DNA from: Haliotis rubra
Taxonomy: Eukaryota
Assembly (NCBI RefSeq): GCF_003918875.1
Contig: NW_025765324.1
Coordinates: 88,041-152,040, forward strand
DNA: 64,000 bases
Direction of reading: 5' to 3'
Shown here piece by piece: positions 56,353 to 64,000 of the stretch (position 1 is its first letter; the number at the start of each line of letters is the position of its first letter). The translations under genes and the position numbers were made by a program. A model generated the notes under the pieces. That model was not told where the DNA came from. It made no database searches and worked only from the letters and a program-made list of their open reading frames with translations.

Positions 56353-56487
56353 ATTGGTCAGTTCTTCTGTCCAGCACCTGTGACCAGCATGACACTTGCC
56401 GGAACGGTCAGCAGGTGCCCCGAGTGTGTCCCCCTGATGTGTGGTGACCAACTGGGCAACGTCCATCTCCTCACATGGCGGCAGTGA
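56353..56487 (+). CDS. TEP1: TEP1-like terminal coding exon
   Basis: Acceptor ctctcctcag|att. Peptide IGQFFCPAPVTSMTLAGTVSRCPECVPLMCGDQLGNVHLLTWRQ, then TGA at about 56485-56487. Confidence 0.7.
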   Translation: MGQFFCPAPVTSMTLAGTVSRCPECVPLMCGDQLGNVHLLTWRQ

Positions 56488-57170
56488 AGTGACCACACCA
56501 CACTAGCTGCACTGTCTTCTACTTAAACTTTCCTGTTGTTGTAGTCTTCACAGCTATACCATGTCTTCACTTCAATTCGTTTCAAATTAATTTCTTTACA
56601 TCTTTATCCTCAACTTGTTAATCATTTAGCAATACTCCTTTGAAGAACCTGAATGTTTTTGAAAAGTTGGCGTGTAAATAATTGTCGTCATGGTTGGTAT
56701 CGAGTCTATTTGTTTGGCATGTATTGCATCTCTTAAATATATCTCCTAATGTCAAGTCTATATTTTCGCTAGTACAATGTAGTATTATTGAATATAACTT
56801 TACATTGATTTTTTTATTTAAGAATTGTTATGATTATGTTTCATTCAGTTGAAGAACAATAGTGAAAACAATGCACATCCTTCCTTTGTGTTTAGCCATG
56901 AATTGTTTAACTGGTACTCCTAATTAAGCAATGTAAATACAATGTAAATATGTCATATATATCTCCTTATGTATGTACACTATAACAATGTGTTGTATTT
57001 TTATTATTATTTATGTAATGTATCTGTATGTTTGACATGCTTTGATGCTGTGTACACAAATGAATACACACCTATCTTAGACATTAGTAGGCAACATTGC
57101 TTAAAAAAACACATGTCTAGTTTCAAAGACTTATGTATGAACAAGTTATATTTGGCTGTGAATGTGTATT

Positions 57171-57176
57171 AATAAA
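57171..57176 (+). promoter_or_regulatory. Candidate polyadenylation signal AATAAA for the TEP1-like gene
   Basis: First canonical AATAAA downstream of the stop, about 690 nt into an AT-rich 3' region. Not otherwise supported. Confidence 0.25.
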
Positions 57177-57189
57177 TATATCATTGTAA

Positions 57190-57750
57190 ATACTGAAACA
57201 ATCATTGTACATACTGAAACAATCATTGTACATACTGTCATACCCAAACATCTGTAACATATCCATGGTAACCATTAATTAGTTTACTGTAGCTCTGTAT
57301 TTGTAAACTTGGTAGGAGTCAAGTTGTGTCACTTTTACACGCTTGCAGCAGTTAGCATTATACTAGTTAAGTTATACTAGATGCCGATTATGAGAATGAA
57401 ATGAGGATAATCAAACTACATTTCTGTACAGACAATTTTGGTCAGAATTATGTAATGTATTTATTAATTAGATAGTTTAAAAAAATAGCTCATCTAAGTC
57501 AGTATTTGCTTGCTTACAGAACTAGTGGCTTGATATTTGCATATTGTATATAATGTATCTATATTCTATGATGTATGCACTGTCTGATGTGTGCTGTCAT
57601 AAGCTGAGACACGTACTTGTATGGAAGATATTCAGTGTGGCCAGCGGCTGTCACTGCAGGGTTTTGTCACTGTTTTAGACATAATTATATTTCATGTCAT
57701 GAAAATGAATGTTAAACCACAAGATATGCATCATAAGTTGTTCACTGGTC
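57190..57750. repeat. Local duplication, copy 1 (paralogous to 58200-58560)
   Basis: cat(a)cccaaacatctg(t/c)aa(c/t)atatccatgg(t/c)aaccat(t/a)tattagttta.. and ..tattctat(g/c)atgt(a/g)tgcact(g/a)t(c/t)tgatgtgt.. are shared in the same order. Copy 1 ends in the family Y MITE. Confidence 0.55.
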
Positions 57751-57842
57751 ACGAGGGGGGCATGGGTTGATGTACCCTCGATGTTTGTTTAAAAAAACAT
57801 AGAGGGTACATCAACCCATGGGCCCCGAGGGACCAGTGAACA
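57750..57842. mobile_element. Palindromic MITE (family Y) with TIR ttgttcactggtc
   Basis: ttgttcactggtcacgaggggggcatgggttgatgtaccctcgatgtttgtttaaaaaaacatagagggtacatcaacccatgggccccgagggaccagtgaacaa is an almost perfect 93-bp palindrome. Confidence 0.6.
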
Positions 57843-58199
57843 ATGTATTTATCTTACAGAACACCTTAATGTTACTTTGGAATTGTTTGAAGCACGGGTA
57901 CAAATCTTTTTGTAGCCATCGCTAGCTTTTGCTGACAAGAAAAACATTTAGAGTTTTCTCCCTTCCTTCGATTTGCATTCGCAAAACATCAGTAAATTCC
58001 ATACATCATACGTGATTCAATGTTATTCGAGATAAAGAATTACTACTACGAAGTACAGAATGAGTTGCCATTGACAGCGGGCTACATTGAAATGTTACTG
58101 GCTTGTAAGCGGGGTACATTGAAAATAATAGAAGAGCGCGCTCAACCAATCAGAAAGCGACATTTATGTGTGAGGTAAGATAAATAGTCTGATAACTGT

Positions 58200-58560
58200 A
58201 GTATTCAGTGAACATTGGCAAGTTTCAGTTAAATTCATACCAAACATCTGCAATATATCCATGGCAACCATTTATTAGTTTACATTAGCTTTCCTAAATT
58301 TGTAAACTTGGTAGGAGACAAGTTGAGTGTTCATACTGTAACATGGTGAGACTCTGTATTCTATCATGTGTGCACTATTTGATGTGTAGTCATCAGTGGT
58401 GATGTATTTATGGCTCTGTAAGATGTTCAGTGTGGCCCAGCTACACTGCCTGAGTAAGGTATACCAGGATTTTGTCACTGTCAGTTCATGTGACGGAAAT
58501 GTCTTCGAACAACCAAGATAGACATAAATTATCATAACTGTATAACTTGGGGGAAGTTTC
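58200..58560. repeat. Local duplication, copy 2
   Basis: See 57190-57750. Confidence 0.55.
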
Positions 58561-59902
58561 AATTAATTAAATAGCCTGCATTTAGTATTTACAAACATGA
58601 CATCTTTGTAAACTTCTGTCAAGAACAATTTACCATATTTGTGGTTTTCAAAAAGAGACAGTACAAGTCTGTAAAATATAGACATATTAACAGGTGGAGT
58701 TTTGAACATTCTTTTTTCTCTTTTTCTTTATCATATTGTGTGTTCTTTTTCTAAAATAGTGGGTTGAAGTTGACGCCATTCGCATACAATCTTTTTTTCA
58801 ATTATCTGTTGAACTATATTAGATTTATGCTGTTTTAATAGATCAAAACTAGAAAATACTAAATTTTTTTTCAGTTTCAATCTTCAACACGCTTAATGAA
58901 CTATATATTGCTGTAAATTTATGACAATACAAACTGCTTTCAGTATTTTGGCTCATTTCCACAACTGATTTTACTTCAAAATGTTACTAATGTAACTACA
59001 GATTCCTGGAGTATAGTATGTTGGCAAGTTCATAATAAGCTGTTTATTAGTTAAAATGAAGGCAAATTCAGAAAATAATTCAAAATGATTTTCAGTAAAT
59101 TATCCAAAAGTAATCGTTGTGTTTTAACACACAAATAACCTTCTGTAAACAGAAGATCTGGGTGATATATTTGTTGATTTCATAAAATATGAAGGAATAA
59201 TTGCATTAAAGTCTCCGAGAAATGGAATTATTTTCAGACGTTTCCTGATTGGAAATAACATACTTGTTGGTCACATGATTGGTCTGAATTGAAGGGGATA
59301 CATTATAAAAATTGTTTTTCGTCTGTTAATTTTGCGCAGTCTGGGGCAAGGGTGAGGTTATATTAAGGTAAATATGATAATTTGTTCCGACAAAGGTCAA
59401 AACGTATTTTACAAAAAAGGGTGGGAGTGTGTGACCAACAAGTGATCAGTATAACATAACTTCTTCACATATAGTTCTTCCATAACAGTTGTGTTCAGGT
59501 GCACCACCTATGTTGTGATGCATGATCTCAGACCGGCTGGCTGTCTCGTGTAGAACATGAGCCCAAGGCTGTGACTGAATCTATGAACTGTGCAATAGTA
59601 GCAAATTCATATACAATAAACTCAAAATACAAGTAAACTTCTAGTGTTTGTCATTACTTCAGAAACTGTATTTACGTCACACCAACATTATTTAGGAGAC
59701 ACCAAACTTTAACCATAGGGAATGGTGCAGGTGAAGGAAGGTGTAACATGGTTTAACATTGTAGTCAGTGTTAGGCTGATACAGTGACGAGAGACTGCAT
59801 GATTTACGTGTGGTGTGATGTGTCAGCTTGTAACACTTGACTAATGTTGGTATTTCAGTGCTAACACAGTGAGTTACAAGCTGCAGTAACCCCTTATATA
59901 GT

Positions 59903-60067
59903 GAGTGAGTGAGTTGGGTTTTACACCGCTTTTAGCAATATTCCGGCAATATCACGGCGGTTGACACCAGAAATCGGCTTCACACATTGTACCCATGTGG
60001 GGGAATCGAACTCGGGTCTTCGGCGTGACGAGCAAACGCTTTAACCACTAGGCTACCCCCACCGCCC
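59903..60067 (-). mobile_element. SINE-A copy
   Basis: gtgagtgagtgagttgggttttacaccgcttttagcaatattccggcaatatcacggcggttgac...ctaggctacccccaccgcccc. Confidence 0.8.
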
Positions 60068-60634
60068 CAAACCCCATATATAACATACATACCCCACTTT
60101 AACACATGAGGACTCTAAGGTGCCAGACCTTGTTTTGTCCCTTTATGATGAGGCAGCAGAGTAACAAGTATCATCTTTTAATGTCTCTTCTGGTACAAGG
60201 TGACAGGTGTTCAAATCACAAAACTAATACCTTCCAGATCACAGGCAAACTGTAGCGCAAATAGGGGTGCGCAACAAAGAGAACATGACCAGTCTTCGTA
60301 TATGCATGTTTGCCTGTGTCCGGATAGATGCAGTATTACTATTCAATGAAGGCATTCCTCTGCTGCCTGAAAGTCTGTAATAAGTTGCCATAGCAACTAT
60401 GGCAATAAACATTGCAGGGTACACTTCAACTGCTGTCATTGCTACTGTGAAGTCCACATGACAATGGCGACATTCGATTCATTCTGTGTTCAGCTCTCCA
60501 TTGTGGAGAATTGGCATCATCATATTCAGGTGCATTAAATAAAGAACAAATCATCTGAGATTTTCAGCTAGCCAGTCGTGATAGCTTTATAGCATATTAC
60601 TGGCCCGATTCACAATCAGCTAGCACTTGGCTAG

Positions 60635-60860
60635 CGGGCCAGTAGCTATTTCGAACACTGCCACTGGATGATGTCAATCTGTAAATTATTCACTCTGGAC
60701 CAAACAATCCAGTGATTAACACTGTTAACAATGATCTACACCAATGTGACATGATGCCGTGCATCAAACAAGTCACAGTCTGATGCCTGATCCCTTAATG
60801 TCTTATGACCAGCATTGGTGCAGAAGGGGGTCAGTTCCATACAGGAAATCCACCCGGGGA
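60635..60860 (-). mobile_element. SINE-B copy
   Basis: ctgtaaattattcactctggaccaaacaatccagtgattaacactgttaacaatgatctacaccaatgtgacatgatgccgtgcatcaaacaagtcacagtctgatgcctgatccc... Confidence 0.6.
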
Positions 60861-60949
60861 TGATGGTACAATGAATCATTTATTCATATGTGCCTCCCGT
60901 GTCATCTTACAAGCTGGGAGTACAAGTCCATTCTTTCCTTTAATCAGGG

Positions 60950-61100
60950 GCAGTGGGGTAGCCTAGTGGTTAAAGCGCTCACTCATCACGCTGACGACCC
61001 GGGTTTGATTCCCTACATACAATGTGTGAAGCCAATTTCTGCTGTGGTTTTACTGGAATATTGATAAAAGCAGCGTAAAACTAAACTCACTCACTCTTCT
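60950..61100 (+). mobile_element. SINE-A copy
   Basis: ggggcagtggggtagcctagtggttaaagcgctcactcatcacgctgacgacccgggtttgattccc...gcagcgtaaaactaaactcactcactc. Confidence 0.8.
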
Positions 61101-61789
61101 GGAATCAGCAAGTTGTAAATACAACACAACTCTTCCAACACAATATATCAAACTACATGGATCTCAACACGACTCGGACAACACTTAGCCCCAAATCATA
61201 ACAGTCTGACCTGAACTGACTTACCACAATAACAACGATTAACTGTTACACAAGACATTTTAATGACAAACAAAATAATATGTAATCATACATATCAGCA
61301 TTACCTTCATCAAATGAGTTCATATTTGTTACAATGTCATGATTTATGAAATGTTAGTAAAATGTCCTCACAAGTCTTACCCAAAGATAAATTTAACCAA
61401 TTCTTCAAATATCAGTCTTTGTGACTAAATGTCAGACCATAAGAAAGCATAACCTGCATTAGCAGAAACAGGATGATATATTTGTTAGACACGGACATGA
61501 ACATAAACTGGGTGACTGAATATTGTGCTGTGCTGTGCACCACAAGGCAAACAAACTTGGACATTTCTTGGAGCTTTTTATTTCAAGACTAGTGTATACC
61601 TCATTTCACCAGTCCAAAATGTTTCAAGCTTGTTTGTGAATGAAACAAAAATGTTCACATTTCTGTGAGTCTTGTTTGGTTCCAATTTGTGGTATAACTG
61701 AAGGATTCTAAAACTGGTTCGGAATTACAGTCATCAAAAGCTACCAGCACAAGAGGACTACCATCATTTTATGCACTTAGTAGTCTTCG

Positions 61790-62140
61790 TCTAGGGCTAT
61801 AACACTTAGTAGTCTTCGTCTAGGGCTATAACATTTAGTAGTCTTCGTCTAGGGCTATAACACTTAGTAGTCTTCGTCTAGGGCTATAACATTTAGTAGT
61901 CTTCGTCTAGGGCTATAACACTTAGTAGTCTTCGTCTAGGGCTATAACATTTAGTAGTCCTCGTCTAGGGCTATAACAGTTAGTAGTCTTCGTCTAGGGC
62001 TATAACATTTAGTAGTCTTCGTCTAGGGCTATAACAGTTAGTAGTCTTCGTCTAGGGCTATAACATTTAGTAGTCTTCGTCTAGGGCTATAACAGTTAGT
62101 AGTCCTCGTCTAGGGCTATAACAGTTAGTAGTCCTTGTCT
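61790..62140. repeat. 30-bp tandem repeat, about 11 units
   Basis: Unit tagtagtcttcgtctagggctataaca(c/t/g)tt in the intergenic region between the TEP1 and NHP2 3' ends. Confidence 0.9.
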
Positions 62141-62574
62141 AGGACTGTGAGTGTGAAGGAAAAACTTGCTTATTACTCAGATGATAGATTTACCTGGCTG
62201 CCTTTAACCTCACGAAGAAGGAGCCAGGGTCCACTATTACTAATCATTTTACCACATCTGCATTATTCTGTGCTGCAAGTGATAAAAGAATGTTTGACCC
62301 AAGAGATAAAAATTGGCTCAACATGACAAGCCCATTTATGAGTTTTCTGATACAGAAGCTGTGATCAACATCTGAATCTATAGCCTCTTGAAGAGTCATG
62401 ATCTCTAAATGGCAAGCCTTACATTCATCCACCTCCATTCTTACAAAACCAAACAACTACCATAGCATTCATCCATACAACCAAGCAATAACTGTATTCA
62501 ATGCGTCACATCTGTTCTGTCTTGGAAGACAATTTCTCCCACACGTGTGTCAAGAACATTTTCAGTCAGATGTT

Positions 62575-62700
62575 TCACATGGGAGCTGGTAGGTCCTTCA
62601 CACTTCCGAAGCACTCATCGTATGTATCCTGGTAGTCCTCATGAGGTTTGATCAGCACCATGCAGAGCTGGCGGTGAGAGTTGAGGGCGGAACCCAGGTC
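62575..62700 (-). CDS. NHP2: NHP2 (H/ACA snoRNP subunit 2) last coding exon
   Basis: Minus-strand acceptor tgtcatgtacgcag|gacctg. Peptide DLGSALNSHRQLCMVLIKPHEDYQDTYDECFRSVKDLPAPM* matches the NHP2 C-terminus (...KRPTCVIMVKPHEEYQEAYDECLEEV...). Stop is tca on plus strand at about 62575-62577. Confidence 0.75.
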   Translation of the reverse strand, partial: DLGSALNSHRQLCMVLIKPHEDYQDTYDECFGSVKDLPAPM

Positions 62701-62764
62701 CTGCGTACATGACAACAATACATATAAATACTCAACAAGCAAAGTGAAAACAATTGGTTCATTT

Positions 62765-62850
62765 CATGATTATTTGTTGTTTAAAGACACTCTCAGCAAC
62801 ATTCCAACTGTGTGACAGCAGTCTGGAAATAATCAGGTAGTGTGGTATTG
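62765..62850 (-). mobile_element. SINE-B fragment in NHP2 intron
   Basis: ttgtttaaagacactctcagcaacattccaactgtgtgacagcagtctggaaataatcaggtag. Confidence 0.45.
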
Positions 62851-62856
62851 ATAAGG

Positions 62857-62962
62857 GACTGGTCAACTGTACTTACCTCCTTTGAAGGGACGTAACAGTA
62901 GGGAATACTGGCTTCCTCGCACATGAGCGGCACATGACAGATCACCTCTACTGGGCTCACAT
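62857..62962 (-). CDS. NHP2: NHP2 penultimate exon (L7Ae core)
   Basis: Minus-strand acceptor tttgtttccag|cctgg, donor aaggag|gtaagt. Peptide LVVIAGNVSPVEVICHVPLMCEEASIPYCYVPSKE carries the L7Ae/NHP2 signature. Confidence 0.75.
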
Positions 62963-63512
62963 TGCCAGCTATTACCACCAGGCTGGAAACAAAACAGAAA
63001 CATGCAGGAAGTGCACTGGTACACTATCAACTAGAGACATCCACAGCCTCAAGTATCAACCACCTGACTCCCTAACCCTGTTTGAAGTTCATCTCCCCTG
63101 ACACCCAAACCATCATTGTATTTCCCCCATTAGGTCAGACCAATTTTATTTCTTGTTTTACAGATCTGCTGGTCGTATTTTTTCAAGAATAAGAAGAAAA
63201 GAAAAGAATTTTCCTCGTTCAAAAAATAAATCCTAATGTTTTTATTGGCCAAAAACGTAAACTTATTTAATTATTTTCAGATTGTATTTTGCCCCATATA
63301 AACTTCATAAATTGTGTAAAACGTAAAATACTTTTAGTATTTAGAAGGAATATTACTTTGACTGGTGATTTTAATTTATTTATTTTTCCCTCGTGCCTTT
63401 AGGTTTTCTGAGGTCAAAAATCTGTAAAACAAGAATAAACAAAACTTGGTCTGGCCTTACACTAGAGTGAAAAAAGAACAAAACACAAACATATGCATAT
63501 AAGAATACATAC

Positions 63513-63585
63513 CCTTTCTCCCCTTTGCGGATAGCCTTCTGTACTTCACGGACTCCCTGTACCAGATGTTTGGGCTGCTTGTATG
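63513..63585 (-). CDS. NHP2: NHP2 exon (third from 3' end)
   Basis: Minus-strand acceptor tttgtttcag|catac, donor gagaaagg|gtatgt. Peptide YKQPKHLVQGVREVQKAIRKGEKG joins the next exon as ...KGEKG|LVVIAG. Upstream exons lie beyond the window end or were not recognised. Confidence 0.65.
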
Positions 63586-63784
63586 CTGAAACAAAGTATG
63601 CAACAGACTGCTACACTTTGAATGACAATATAAATTAACACTGCCTTACACACACAAGCAATTTCCCACCTATCTGCATATGACATGTTACAAACCTTCC
63701 TCCCTTTCCATGCCATGTGAAGTTGAAGAGGACTTTATGCAGCTTTTAGGGCAATGTGGGGCACCACAAATGTTCTTCATACTT

Positions 63785-63995
63785 GGTTGGTTGGGGTTTA
63801 ACACCACACTCAGCAATATTCCAGCTATATGCCGGCGGTCTGTAAATAAGAGTCTTGACCAGATGATCCAGTGATCAACATCATGAGCATCGTTCTACGT
63901 AACTTGGATACGATGACGTGTCAACCAAGTCAGTGAGCGTTGCCACCTGATCCTGTTAGTCGCCTCTTATGACAAAAAAGGGGGTTGCTGATGAC
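63785..63995 (-). mobile_element. SINE-B copy
   Basis: ggtttaacaccacactcagcaatattccagctatatgccggcggtctgtaaataagagtcttgaccagatgatccagtgatcaacatcatgagcatcgttctacgtaacttggatacgatgacgtgtcaaccaagtcagtgagcgttgccacctgatcctgttagtcgcctcttatgac. Confidence 0.75.
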
Positions 63996-64000
63996 AAATT

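Overview
Eukaryotic nuclear DNA with GT-AG introns that is AT-rich and very SINE-dense. It is probably an invertebrate and possibly a mollusc, but that is inference only. All coordinates were derived by hand from the sequence, so expect +/-3 nt error.

1) One large plus-strand gene runs from about 8.5 kb to a stop codon at about 56487, in roughly 53 exons. Its deduced protein is TROVE module -> von Willebrand-A (MIDAS-like CDIGSEM, beta-strand IILSGG) -> DUF4062 ([17 protein letters not shown]...DLRWGVTEE...CQFFIGMLG.RYGWVP) -> NACHT (Walker A LAGKPGSGKTSLV, Walker B VVVMDGLDLM) -> about 20 WD40 repeats. This is the architecture of TEP1, the telomerase/vault-associated protein.

2) The last three exons of an NHP2 gene (H/ACA snoRNP and telomerase subunit, L7Ae family) lie convergently on the minus strand at 62.6-63.6 kb. 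Their peptides ...KAIRKGEKGLVVIAGNVSPVEVICHVPLMCEEASIPYCYVPSKE... and ...RQLCMVLIKPHEDYQDTYDECF... match NHP2.

3) Almost everything else is repeat. There are more than 35 tRNA-derived SINE copies in three families that share 3' tail modules, several MITE/foldback elements, a 1.6-kb non-autonomous TIR DNA transposon with a TA target-site duplication, a 5.5-kb element bounded by ~225-bp inverted repeats with a GC-rich non-coding core, a LINE 3' fragment, and many micro- and minisatellites.

Most notable observations:
- Four TEP1 introns carry tandem arrays seeded from the adjacent splice-junction sequence, which multiplies donor-like or acceptor-like motifs.
- Two exons encoding RGG/RG-box low-complexity segments are inserted inside the TROVE module.
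- The TEP1 reading frame carries three indel-type breaks plus a 76-nt candidate exon that breaks phase. Exons contain no nonsense codons, so uncorrected assembly indels are as likely as pseudogenisation.

No prokaryotic-style system (CRISPR, operon) is present.
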